Below are positions 36,158 to 45,586 of a stretch of 64,000 nt of DNA, one piece after another. Location: NCBI GenBank assembly GCA_013816405.1, contig JACDEL010000001.1:30925-94924 (forward strand), read 5' to 3'. Within the stretch, counting starts at the first letter, position 1; each line of letters begins with the position of its first letter. This DNA is from Chloroflexota bacterium. GTDB lineage: Bacteria; Chloroflexota; Limnocylindria; QHBO01. The position numbers and the translations under genes are program-made. The notes beneath the pieces are model-generated. The model did no database searches, was not told the origin of the DNA, and was given only the letters and a program-made list of their open reading frames with translations.

Positions 36158-37387
36158 GTGTTCTACCTCCAGCGCGGCCAGGTGCCGCACAAGCGCCACA
36201 CCCAGTTCCGCAAGCCGGATGGCTCTCTGTACGCCGAGGAGCTGTTCGGGGTCGAGGGCTTCTCCGGCAAGGCGAGCCTCCTCTACCACCACACGCCCCC
36301 TACCCAGACGAACCGGATCGAGAAGGTCCGGGACATTGCGCTTGAGCCCTGGACCGATGACGAGGCCGGCCCGCATCGGCACCACCTGGTCAACTCGGCT
36401 GGCGTGAAGCCGGCGGGAAACGCGATCAGCGGCCGCGTCCCGCTCTTCTACAACGCGGATGTCACGTTCGGGGTCGTGCGTCCCGCCTCCGCCATGGACC
36501 ACTTCTACCGAAATGGCGAGATGGACGAGATGTTCTACGTCCACGAGGGGCACGGCACGCTGGAGACTGTCTTCGGCCCGATTGAGTACGGGCCGGGCGA
36601 CTACCTCGTGATCCCGATCGGCACCACCTATCGCGTCATCCCCGGCGACGACGAGCAGCGAATGCTCTGGCTCGAATGCCCGTCGCACATCGAGCCGCCG
36701 AAGCGCTATCGGAACGAGTACGGGCAGATGCTCGAGCACGCACCGTACTGCGAGCGCGACATCCGGCCCCCGGCCCAGATGGATGCCCATCACGAGACCG
36801 GCGACTTCGTGGTCGAGGTCAAGAAGGGCGGCAAGCTCACCGCCTACCACTACGGGTTCCATCCCTTCGACCTGGTGGGTTGGGATGGGTACCTCTATCC
36901 GTATGCCTTCAACATCGCAGACTTCGAGCCGATCACCGGGCGGGTCCACCAGCCGCCGCCGGTGCATCTCACCTTCCAGCCGCGCAACTTCGTGGTCTGC
37001 TCCTTCGTGCCACGCAAGTTCGACTACCACCCGCTCGCCATCCCGGCCCCGTACAACCACAGCAACATCAACAGCGACGAGGTCATCTACTACGTGGCCG
37101 GCAACTTCATGAGCCGCCGCGGCGTGGAGGTCAGCTCGTTCACCGTGCATCCCGCCGGGATTCCGCATGGCCCGCATCCGGGGACGGTCGAGGCGAGCAT
37201 CGGCAAGGAGGCGACCGAGGAGCTGGCGGTGATGATCGACACATTTCACCCGCTGCGCCTCACGCGCCAGGCGGGCGAGCTCGACGACGCGCGTTATCCC
37301 TTCTCGTGGCTGCCCCCGACCGACGCCGATGCCGAGGCGCACGCCGCGGAGCTGGCCGACCGGGGACCGGAAGCGTTTCCGGACTGA
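36158..37387 (+). CDS. hmgA: homogentisate 1,2-dioxygenase
   Basis: 409-aa cupin protein. HGD-like motifs (GEMDEMFYVHEGHGTLETVFG, PAGIPHGPHPG). Confidence 0.8.
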   Translation: MFYLQRGQVPHKRHTQFRKPDGSLYAEELFGVEGFSGKASLLYHHTPPTQTNRIEKVRDIALEPWTDDEAGPHRHHLVNSAGVKPAGNAISGRVPLFYNADVTFGVVRPASAMDHFYRNGEMDEMFYVHEGHGTLETVFGPIEYGPGDYLVIPIGTTYRVIPGDDEQRMLWLECPSHIEPPKRYRNEYGQMLEHAPYCERDIRPPAQMDAHHETGDFVVEVKKGGKLTAYHYGFHPFDLVGWDGYLYPYAFNIADFEPITGRVHQPPPVHLTFQPRNFVVCSFVPRKFDYHPLAIPAPYNHSNINSDEVIYYVAGNFMSRRGVEVSSFTVHPAGIPHGPHPGTVEASIGKEATEELAVMIDTFHPLRLTRQAGELDDARYPFSWLPPTDADAEAHAAELADRGPEAFPD

Positions 37388-37400
37388 GCGCCTGGCGCCA

Positions 37401-37880
37401 GTGATCCTCTACTTCGTCCGCCACGGGAAGGCCGGGCACCACTCGGCGGCCGCCGATGACGACGAGCGGCAGCTCACGGACGACGGGATCGCTGCCCTGA
37501 CGGCGGCAGCGCCGGTGTGGCGCCGCCTCAACCTCCGCCCCGACCTCGTCCTGTCGTCTCCGCTCCCCCGTGCGCTGCAGACCGCCGAGCTGGTGATGGC
37601 GGGCCTCGGCATGTCGGGCGCCCCGGTGGTCGACGATCGGCTCCGCCCCGGCGCCGACTGGCCCGACTTCGCGCGAGCCATGGCATCGCACCCGGATGGT
37701 CGCCGGGTCATGTTCGTCGGCCACGAACCGGACCTGTCGGGTGCCGTCAGCCTGCTGACAGGCGCCTCGTCTGTCCGGATGCGGAAGGGCGGCGTCGCCT
37801 GCGTGGATTTTCCCGGCGTCCCCGAGCCTGGAGGCGGCGAGCTGGCGTGGCTGCTGGATCCCGACCTCTACGCGACGTGA
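37401..37880 (+). CDS. histidine phosphatase family protein (SixA-like)
   Basis: GTG start. RHG motif (FVRHGKAGHH). Confidence 0.7.
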   Translation: MILYFVRHGKAGHHSAAADDDERQLTDDGIAALTAAAPVWRRLNLRPDLVLSSPLPRALQTAELVMAGLGMSGAPVVDDRLRPGADWPDFARAMASHPDGRRVMFVGHEPDLSGAVSLLTGASSVRMRKGGVACVDFPGVPEPGGGELAWLLDPDLYAT

Positions 37881-38326
37881 GCGAGCCGGAGCCGTGGAGC
37901 CAGGTCACCCGAGTCGCGGCGTATGCCCTCTGCCAGGACGAGAACGACCGGATCCTCTTGACCCGCCTCACCTATCCCGAAATCAAGGCAGGGCACTGGA
38001 CGCTCCCCGGCGGCGGGATCGACTTTGGAGAATCGCCCGCAGAGGCCGTCCTGCGGGAGCTCACCGAGGAGACCGGGCTGACCGGCTCAATCACATCCCT
38101 GGCCGCCGTTGAGTCGTGGATCCGCCGCGGTCCGATCACGGGAGCCTCCGGCGACGACTTTCAGGCAATCCAGATCCTGTACCGCGTCCTCGTGACCGGC
38201 GGCACGCTCCGTGACGAGCTCGACGGCTCAACCGATGCCGCGGCCTGGTTCACGCGAGACGAGGTGGCAGGGCTGCCCATCGTGGAGCTCGTCGAGGCCG
38301 GGCTGCGCCTCGTCGACGCCCCATGA
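37877..38326 (+). CDS. NUDIX hydrolase
   Basis: GTGA overlap. NUDIX box GGGIDFGESPAEAVLRELTEETG. Confidence 0.75.
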   Translation: MSEPEPWSQVTRVAAYALCQDENDRILLTRLTYPEIKAGHWTLPGGGIDFGESPAEAVLRELTEETGLTGSITSLAAVESWIRRGPITGASGDDFQAIQILYRVLVTGGTLRDELDGSTDAAAWFTRDEVAGLPIVELVEAGLRLVDAP

Positions 38327-38365
38327 GACGGCCGCACCTCACATCACGCATGCCCCTGGCGTTTC

Positions 38366-39197
38366 ATGAAGCAAAGCCGCGCTGAGACTTTCGCGACATG
38401 GCACTCCAACCCCCAGCTCACCATGACGCCCCGGTTACGCCGTACGCACGACGGGCATCTTCTGCCGATCCGGCTGTCCGGCTCCTGCACCGCATCCCGA
38501 AAACGTCGAGCGATTGGCATCTGCGGCGTTCGCGCTCTTCTCCGGATATCGCGCCTGCCTGCGCTGCAGGCCGCTGGCAGATCCTGGTGTGAGCGTGACC
38601 CCCGCGGAGCTCCGACGCGCCACAGTGCTTCGACCGATCCTGGCTGCGGCACGTCGGACGCTGCGCCGCCGATCTGGCGCGCGTGCGATCGCCACCACCA
38701 TGATCGACACCCCGCTCGGCCCGATGCTGGCCGGCGCGACAGACGACGGCATCTGCCTCCTCGAGTTCACCGACCGGCGCGCGCTGCCCACCGAGCTTGA
38801 TACGCTCCGACGACGGCTCGGACGACCGACCGTCGCCGGCAGCCACCCGCACCTTGACCACCTGCGCACCGAGCTCGCTGAGTATTTCGCCGGGACGCGA
38901 CGCGCCTTCGACCTGCCACTCATCACGCTCGGCAGCGCCTTCCAGGAGCGGACCTGGTCCGAGCTGCGGCGGCTCGCATCGGGCACGACGGTCAGTTACG
39001 AAGAGCTCGCGGAGCGTGTAGGCCGCCCGCGTGCCCAGCGAGCGGTCGGCACCGCCAACGGGGCGAATCGCATCGCCGTCGTGATCCCGTGCCACCGGGT
39101 AGTGCGCAAGACCGGCGAGACGGGCAACTACGGCGGCGGGCGCTGGCGGAAGGAATGGCTCCTGACCCACGAGGCGCGGGCCGCGACGCCCGCCTAG
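38366..39197 (+). CDS. Ada-like protein (Zn-finger methylphosphotriester-repair domain + O6-alkylguanine-DNA methyltransferase) with an apparent N-terminal frameshift
   Basis: The MGMT C-domain has the PCHRVV active site. Upstream, in the same frame from 38427, GYAVRTTGIFCRSGC...ALFSGYRACLRCRP matches the Ada Zn-binding domain with all four Cys. That frame is closed by a stop at 38424. An ATG at 38366 lies in another frame, and a C4 run at 38428-38431 would reconcile the two. Confidence 0.6.
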
Positions 39198-39976
39198 CGG
39201 CGGATGTCGGTCCCCATGGCGTGGTAGCCGCCGTCGACGTGGATCAGCTCGCCCGACGTCTTCGAGGCCCAGCCGCTGAGCAGGAAGCAGACCATCTGGC
39301 CCACCGCGGTCGCGTCGTTCATGTCCCAGCCCAGCGGGGCGCGCTTGAGCCAGGTATCGGCGATCTGGTCGAAGCCGGGGATGCTCTTGCCGGCCATGGT
39401 ACGGATCGGCCCGGCCGAGACTGTGTTGACCCGGATCCCGAACTCGCCCAGGTCACGGGCGAGGTAGCGCGTCACCGCCTCGAGGCCCGCCTTGGCGACC
39501 CCCATCCAGTCGTAGATCGGCCAGGCGAAGCGACCGTCGAAGGTGAGGCTGACGATCGATGCGCCACCGGCAGCCTTCAGCGGCTCCAGCAGGCCAGCGC
39601 TCAGCGCCTTGAGCGAATAGGCCGATGTCTGGAAGCCGAATGCCACGCTCTCCCAGGGGGTCTGCAGGAAGTTGCCGCCGAGCCCGTCACTGGGCATGAA
39701 GCCGATGGCGTGCACGACCCCATCCACCTTGCCCCAGCGCTTCATCAGCTCGCCGCTTACAGCCTCGATGTGTTCGGTGTTGTTGACGTCCAGCTCGAGC
39801 ACGTCGGGCGTGGTCGGCAGCTTCTTGGCCACGCGTTGGGTCAGGCTCATCCCACGCCCCACGCCGGTGAGGAGCACCTCGGCCCCGGCCTCCTGCGCGA
39901 CCTTCGCGATGGAGAAGGCGATGCTGTCGTCGGTGAGGACGCCGGTAATGAGCAGCTTCTTGCCGTCGAGCAACAT
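39194..39976 (-). CDS. fabI: enoyl-[acyl-carrier-protein] reductase (NADH), FabI/InhA type
   Basis: SDR fold with FabI-specific motifs (ITGVLTDDSIAF, YDWMGVAKAGLE). Confidence 0.9.
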   Translation of the reverse strand: MLLDGKKLLITGVLTDDSIAFSIAKVAQEAGAEVLLTGVGRGMSLTQRVAKKLPTTPDVLELDVNNTEHIEAVSGELMKRWGKVDGVVHAIGFMPSDGLGGNFLQTPWESVAFGFQTSAYSLKALSAGLLEPLKAAGGASIVSLTFDGRFAWPIYDWMGVAKAGLEAVTRYLARDLGEFGIRVNTVSAGPIRTMAGKSIPGFDQIADTWLKRAPLGWDMNDATAVGQMVCFLLSGWASKTSGELIHVDGGYHAMGTDIRR

Positions 39977-40021
39977 GGCGGCGATTGTACCGGCCGGTCC
40001 ATCAGGCGATACTCGCCCACT

Positions 40022-40484
40022 GATGATGGTCCACCTCTACGACTACAACGTCCCGGTGTCGGATCCCGGCGCTGCCGCCCCCTCGCTGCGGGACGCGCTC
40101 GCAGGCCTTGGAGACGAGGATCGCAAGGCGCTCCTCGGGGGGCTCTTCAAGCAGGAGCGTATGCCGGGCACCATGGAACGCCTCTCAACCCTGGTCACCG
40201 ACCTCGACGCCAGCTTCGCCGACCTGCTGACTTTGCTCGACAACTCGGCGCGCCCACGGCGCTTCGTGGCGATCGACGAGGCGAAGGAGGTCCTGGACCG
40301 ATATCTCCCGCCCTCCGCCATTGACGGCACCCACGACTGGGACGTGGCCCGCCTGCACGAGCCGTACGGCGATGGCACCTATCACGGCAAGCTGCTGAAG
40401 CGAGTGCGCAAGCAGCTGCGCAGCGTGGGTACGCGCGAGGCGCTGACCACCCCGTTCCTCCTCCGTCGCGAGTGGGGCCGCTGA
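40022..40484 (+). CDS. hypothetical protein
   Basis: 154-aa ORF divergent from fabI. Confidence 0.45.
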
Positions 40485-40488
40485 CCGC

Positions 40489-40629
40489 ATGAGCCGCCGA
40501 TCGCAGCGCCGCGGCCGGCCCTACCAGCCCCTCCCGGCGCGCCACGTCAATTGGGGCGCGCGGCTGGTGATCATCTTCGTCGCCTTTGTCCTGGTGGCCG
40601 GCTTCGCGATCCTGAGCTTCGCGCGCTAG
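40489..40629 (+). CDS. possible 46-aa single-TM peptide
   Basis: MSRRSQRRGRPYQPLPARHVNWGARLVIIFVAFVLVAGFAILSFAR*. Short, so low confidence. Confidence 0.2.
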   Translation: MSRRSQRRGRPYQPLPARHVNWGARLVIIFVAFVLVAGFAILSFAR

Positions 40630-40641
40630 GAGCAGCTACGT

Positions 40642-41085
40642 TCAGTCGATGACGAGGGGCTTAACCGTCATCACCTCGTCGACCCGCCCCTCCCACTCGG
40701 ATCGCGGCGCGTCGCAGTACAGCTCGATCTCGTTGCCGTCCGGGTCCGCCGTATAGAGCGAGCGGCTCACCCCATGATCCACGGCTCCGCGCAGCAGCCC
40801 CCGCTCGGTGAGGAGCGCATGGGCACTGCGCACCGCGTCGAGGTCCGCGAGTTGGATCGCGACGTGGTAGAGCCCGACCGCCGTGGGAACCGGCGACGCC
40901 GCCTGCTGGCCCACGCGGAGCAGGGCCAGGTCGTGGTGGTTCTGTCCATCGGCGGCGAGGAAGATCATGACGTTGCTCAGCTCGCTGACGACCTTGAAGC
41001 CGAGCAGGTCTCGGTAGAAGGCGAGGGATCGGTCCAGGTCGCGCACCTTGAGGACGACATGCCCGATGCGAAGGGGCCGCAGCAT
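40642..41085 (-). CDS. VOC family protein
   Basis: 147 aa, glyoxalase-like (IGHVVLKVRD...DPDGNEIEL). Confidence 0.75.
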   Translation of the reverse strand: MLRPLRIGHVVLKVRDLDRSLAFYRDLLGFKVVSELSNVMIFLAADGQNHHDLALLRVGQQAASPVPTAVGLYHVAIQLADLDAVRSAHALLTERGLLRGAVDHGVSRSLYTADPDGNEIELYCDAPRSEWEGRVDEVMTVKPLVID

Positions 41086-41128
41086 CGCGGGATGCTACCA
41101 GCGGACCGTGGCGGTGAGGCGAAGGACC

Positions 41129-41770
41129 TCAGCCGCCGAGGGTGACGGTGACGGCGATCACGCCACGCGAGGTTGGGCTGTCGCTGATCGCTGCCCACGC
41201 CTCAGGCGAGAGGTCGGCGACCTTCTGGCTCGCGGTGCCCCACACGCAGTCGCAGTAGTCCGCCACTGGCAGGACCGCGCAGCGGTCCGCGCAGACCGTA
41301 ACGAATCGCGCAGCTGGCGGAGCAGCGTAGTGCCCGCCGAGCGCCCCGGGCAGCGCCACCACGGCCTGGCCACGCCAGCCGGCGGAGCAGCAGTACCAGG
41401 TCGCGTTGCCGGAGATCGTCTCGCCGCTGGCCGGCGCCGCTACCGACTTCGGCGCTGCCTTCTTCACGGGAATCGAGTAGAGGGTTGCCTGCATCGCTGC
41501 GGTCGGTGGTGTGGTCGGCGCCGTGATAAGGCCCAGGTCCTCGGTGCCGATCGGCTGGCTCACACCGGACAGCGAGAGCGAGGCGGACCGATTACGACCG
41601 TCCAGCGACGAGCGGTCGGCCAGGCTGGACGGCTGATCCGCGACGGCGAGCAGTCGCATCGACTCAGCGGAGGCAGGGGACGCCGATCGGGCGCTGAGCG
41701 GAACCATGAGGCCGATGACCACCGCAAAGACGATGGTTCGTACTGCGACGCGGGCCAAGAGGTCCGGCAA
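41129..41770 (-). CDS. secreted protein, possible RlpA-like double-psi beta-barrel domain
   Basis: Signal peptide. Cys-rich C-terminal half (GNATWYCCSAGWRGQ). Confidence 0.45.
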   Translation of the reverse strand: MPDLLARVAVRTIVFAVVIGLMVPLSARSASPASAESMRLLAVADQPSSLADRSSLDGRNRSASLSLSGVSQPIGTEDLGLITAPTTPPTAAMQATLYSIPVKKAAPKSVAAPASGETISGNATWYCCSAGWRGQAVVALPGALGGHYAAPPAARFVTVCADRCAVLPVADYCDCVWGTASQKVADLSPEAWAAISDSPTSRGVIAVTVTLGG

Positions 41771-41923
41771 TAGAATCCTCGCGCTAGCGGTTTGGGTTCG
41801 GGTCCCGTCGAGGCGAAAGCCGCACCATGGCTGACGTACTTGCCGCCTCTGGCACGGTCGCGACCCGCATGAATCGACGACTCACCCTACCATCGGACTT
41901 TAGGCGTGTCGAGCAGGAGAGGG

Positions 41924-42714
41924 TCATGGCTACCAAGCGCAACCAGGCGCACCGCAGCGGGGCCGTGGTCATGCGCGGCGACGAGAAGCGGCCGACCGAG
42001 GACGAGCAGCTCCTGCAGCAGGAAGGCGCCGACGCCTCATTCCTGAAGACCGACACCTGGCGGGCGCTGCGGATCATGGGTGAGTTCGTCGAGGGCTTCG
42101 ACGCCCTTGCCGGCGTCGGTCCGGCGGTCAGCGTCTTCGGCTCCGCGCGGATCGGGCGCGGGGATCCTTCCTACCGTATGGCACGATCCCTCTCCCGCAA
42201 GCTGGCCAAGCACGGTTACGCGATCATCACCGGGGGCGGCCCCGGGATCATGGAAGCAGCCAATCGGGGCGCTCGTGAGGCTGGCGGCGTTTCGGTCGGG
42301 TGCAACATCGAGCTGCCGTTCGAGCAGGGACTCAACGAGTTCGTCACGCTCGGGATGGAATTCCGCTACTTCTTCGTCCGCAAGACGATGTTCGTCAAAT
42401 ACGCCGAGGCGTTCTGCATCTTCCCGGGCGGCTTCGGGACCCTGGACGAGCTCTTCGAGTCGCTGACCCTGATCCAGACCGGCAAGGTGCAGCACTTCCC
42501 GGTGGTGCTCTTCGGGACCACCTACTGGAGCGGGCTCCTCGACTGGCTGAAGGCGACCCCGATTGACGAGCACAAGATCAGCCCCGAGGACCTGACCCTC
42601 TTCACGGTGACCGATGACGTGGACGAGGCTGTCCAGGTCATCCTGGCGCACCACGCGATGCACCTGGCCGATCTCGGGGCCGAGAAGGCCGGGCCTGCGC
42701 GCCCCAAACCCTAG
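41924..42714 (+). CDS. LOG family protein (cytokinin riboside 5'-monophosphate phosphoribohydrolase-like)
   Basis: GGGPGIMEA and PGGFGTLDE motifs. Confidence 0.85.
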
Positions 42715-43151
42715 GCCTGGTAGCCCTCTGTAACCTCTGCCTTGTGCGCCGCGAAGGCGGCCAGGACCTCGCCCTTCTCTCGCTCCGGCACGCCCACGAA
42801 GTCGAGGGTGCGGCCCAGTTCGGCGGCAACCTCATCGAACTCGTCGGGCGAGATGCGAAGGTTGCGATGTGCTTCCTCCAGGCCAAGGTGGGTGCTCCCC
42901 GGTCGCGTGGCGTCGAATTTCTGCGGTCCACCCGCAACGTCACAGACCCAGAGTGTGCGCATGAACTTCAGGCCCGGCAGCCGGCCAAGGTTGTTCGTGT
43001 GCCATTCCCGCAGCTCGGGGTTTTCCGATCGTTGACCTACGATCGGGTTCTGGACCACCGCATCGCTGAAGTGGTCCACGACCGCTGCGATGGCAAACAC
43101 GCCACCGAGCCGCTCGTACAGGCTTGCCTCGGCCATCATTCGGTACCTCAT
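42711..43151 (-). CDS. truncated (2/2) hemoglobin
   Basis: SLYERLGG motif and a ~130-aa globin-like length. Confidence 0.75.
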   Translation of the reverse strand: MRYRMMAEASLYERLGGVFAIAAVVDHFSDAVVQNPIVGQRSENPELREWHTNNLGRLPGLKFMRTLWVCDVAGGPQKFDATRPGSTHLGLEEAHRNLRISPDEFDEVAAELGRTLDFVGVPEREKGEVLAAFAAHKAEVTEGYQA

Positions 43152-43245
43152 GCTTCACTCGGCTGGGTTCTAACAGGAGCGCCCATTAGTAATACAGCGA
43201 CAGAGGCGCGCCGTCAATGCTTCGCAAGCGTCTGCTTGCTTTAGA

Positions 43246-43953
43246 ATGCCGCGCACCATGCCGAACGCCCGAGCCGATGTCGAGGCCGTGGCGCTGCTGG
43301 CGGAACCGGTCCGCAGCGCCCTGTACGAATGGGTTGTGGGCGCCGGCCGCGCAGTCAGCCGGCAGGAGGCCGCTGGCGCGCTCGGGATAACGCGTGCCCT
43401 GGCGGCGTTCCACCTTGATCGGCTGGCTGCGGCCGAATTGCTGGTCGTGGAATACCGCCGACTATCAGGCCGCGCCGGCCCCGGCGCCGGGCGCACATCC
43501 AAGCTGTACCGGCCCGCGCCGCGCGACGTATCCGTATCGCTCCCAGGACGCCGATACGAGATCGCGGCCGAGCTCTTCGCCAGGACGATCGAGCAATTGG
43601 AGGTCCAACCTCCGCCGCGTGCACTACGGGGCGCGGCTCTCGAGATGGGCGAAGCCATCGGCGCCGCGGCTCGTCTGCCAACAGGAAAGCGGCCGAGCCA
43701 GAAGCAATTGCGAGAGGCCCTGCTGGCGACGCTGGCTGAGCACGACTATCAACCACATGTGCGATCAGGCGAGATCCGCCTCGAGAACTGCCCGTTTCAC
43801 ACACTCGTCGACGAGCATCGCCCGCTCGTCTGCGGCATGAACCTGGCCCTCATCGAGGGAATGATCAGGGGACTCGGCGCTCGAAGAGTCGCGGCTCGGA
43901 CAGACCGCAGGCCCGAGCAATGCTGCGTCACCATCGGGAGTGCTAGCCCTTAA
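43246..43953 (+). CDS. winged-helix transcriptional regulator with Cys-containing C-terminal domain
   Basis: N-terminal HTH (VRSALYEWV...VSRQEAAGALGITRALAAFHLDRL). C-terminal ENCPFHTLVDEHRPLVCGMN. Confidence 0.6.
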   Translation: MPRTMPNARADVEAVALLAEPVRSALYEWVVGAGRAVSRQEAAGALGITRALAAFHLDRLAAAELLVVEYRRLSGRAGPGAGRTSKLYRPAPRDVSVSLPGRRYEIAAELFARTIEQLEVQPPPRALRGAALEMGEAIGAAARLPTGKRPSQKQLREALLATLAEHDYQPHVRSGEIRLENCPFHTLVDEHRPLVCGMNLALIEGMIRGLGARRVAARTDRRPEQCCVTIGSASP

Positions 43954-44039
43954 CGCCCAATGGCCTGCACAGGTGCTCCGGCCTTGAAGACTGCCTCAAG
44001 AGCGATCTGCCGGCTCGCGACGCCCAGATCCCGCAGCAA

Positions 44040-44380
44040 CCAGAGGGTGGCGACCGCGGATCGTCGCGATCCTCATAGATGACGGCACGCCTGCCCCAAG
44101 ATCGCCAGAGCGTGTTCGTGGATTCGATGCGCCGCAGGACGTTCACCGGCGTGCCCGTGGCGGTGACCACGCAGGCCTGGAAGAAGTAGTAGCCCGGTGT
44201 GTCGTGACCGGTCAGGTAGTAGATGTTCTCCGGCGTGAATGAGACGAACGCATCCGCGTCCAGCGAGGCGAGTTCATGCCGAAGCGCAGCCAGCCGGTGC
44301 TGGTACTCGGTCGTTGTGAACGGCAGCGCTTCAACAAGGTCTCCGCTGCCTTCGGAGATCGCGAATTCCGCACATCCCAT
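44040..44380 (-). pseudogene. creatinase/prolidase N-terminal domain fragment (M24 peptidase remnant)
   Basis: TEYQHRLAALRHELASLDADAFVSFTPENIYYLTGH...VNVLRR matches creatinase_N. The catalytic M24 domain is absent: the ORF decays into noise and stops. Confidence 0.4.
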
Positions 44381-44451
44381 GGAACATGTCCTCCCGTGGT
44401 GCCGAGGGCGCGCCCCGAGTAGTCGCCGTCAGGACCGCTGCGCGGAGTTCG

Positions 44452-44528
44452 TGGCGGGCCCGACCGGATTCGAACCGGCGATCTCCAGCGTGACAGGCTG
44501 GCATGTTGGGCCGCTACACCACGGGCCC
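44452..44528 (-). tRNA. tRNA-Asp (GTC)
   Basis: Manual cloverleaf. Acceptor GGGCCCG/CGGGCCC, anticodon loop CUGUCAC, T-loop TTCGAAT, discriminator G, encoded CCA. Confidence 0.9.
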
Positions 44529-44572
44529 GCGGGAGCGACGGTGGCGGAGTATAGCAGGGGCGGTTTCCGCCC

Positions 44573-45022
44573 TCAGATCGGCTCCTTGCGAGCACCGATG
44601 ACGACCAGCGTGACGACCGCGTAGCCGATCACCGCCGCTGCGAGACCAACCGAGGCGGGCACCATGTAGATCGCGGGGGCGGCGCCGGACGCGATGCTGA
44701 CGATTGCCGCGACCGCGAAGCCAAGCGAGAGGACGGCCATCGTCGAGGTCAGCACGACGGCGCCGGTCGACGCGAAGCCGACCTCCATGCGCAGCGCAAG
44801 CGCGGTCCCCAGGTGAACGACTCCGAGCATGGCGGTGGCAATCCCCAGAGCGACGGCGGCCCCACCGACGGCCGGAGCATCGATCTCCGCATCGGGCGGC
44901 AGCTGGGAGCTGATCAGGCCGGGATTGACGAGCCCGACGGTGACAGCCGCAGCCCCGGCCAGGATCAGGAGGATTCCCCCGAGGATGAGGATCGCCCGGG
45001 CCAGCCAGGAGCGGCGACGCAT
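44573..45022 (-). CDS. small 4-TM membrane protein, hypothetical
   Basis: 149-aa hydrophobic ORF. Confidence 0.5.
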   Translation of the reverse strand: MRRRSWLARAILILGGILLILAGAAAVTVGLVNPGLISSQLPPDAEIDAPAVGGAAVALGIATAMLGVVHLGTALALRMEVGFASTGAVVLTSTMAVLSLGFAVAAIVSIASGAAPAIYMVPASVGLAAAVIGYAVVTLVVIGARKEPI

Positions 45023-45039
45023 GAGCGTCGGCGACGGAG

Positions 45040-45488
45040 CTAGCGCCGCAGCCGCGCCAGGATGACAGCCGCGCCACCGAAGGCCACGACGGCCACCCCC
45101 AGGGCGGAGAGGAGCACCAGATCGCGCCGGGTGGGGACCAGCAGGAGCAAAAAACCGGCGAGAGCGAGCAGCGCGCTGATCGCGGAGATGACCACGGCGA
45201 ATGGCCTGCTGCGCGGCAGCCCGGCGAGCAGAGCGAGGGAGCTCCCGACCATGAGTACGCCGAGCACCAGCAGCCCGATGCCACCCACCACCTGGCTAAA
45301 CCCCAGCTGGCCGACGTTCGGCGGCGCATCGGCACCGGCCCACCGGCTGGGGAGCGTCAGGCCGCTCACCGTCATGGCCAGGGCGCCGATGAAGATCGCG
45401 GTTCCACCGATCGCGATGACCAGGGCTGCGCCGGCTCCGCGCTCGCCCAGGTGCTCGGGCGCGAGCGAGTGGCCGCGATGCCTCGGCA
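45040..45488 (-). CDS. small 4-TM membrane protein, paralog of 44573..45022
   Basis: GTG start at 45488 with an AGGA RBS. Same length (149 aa) and topology as its neighbour. Confidence 0.45.
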
Positions 45489-45586
45489 CAACGTTCCTGG
45501 GGGCGGGCCTGGTGACCTTTGGACTAACCACCGGCCCCGGATTGTAGGGGAGCCTTCCATCGGGCACCACCCGTATACTCGGCCGA

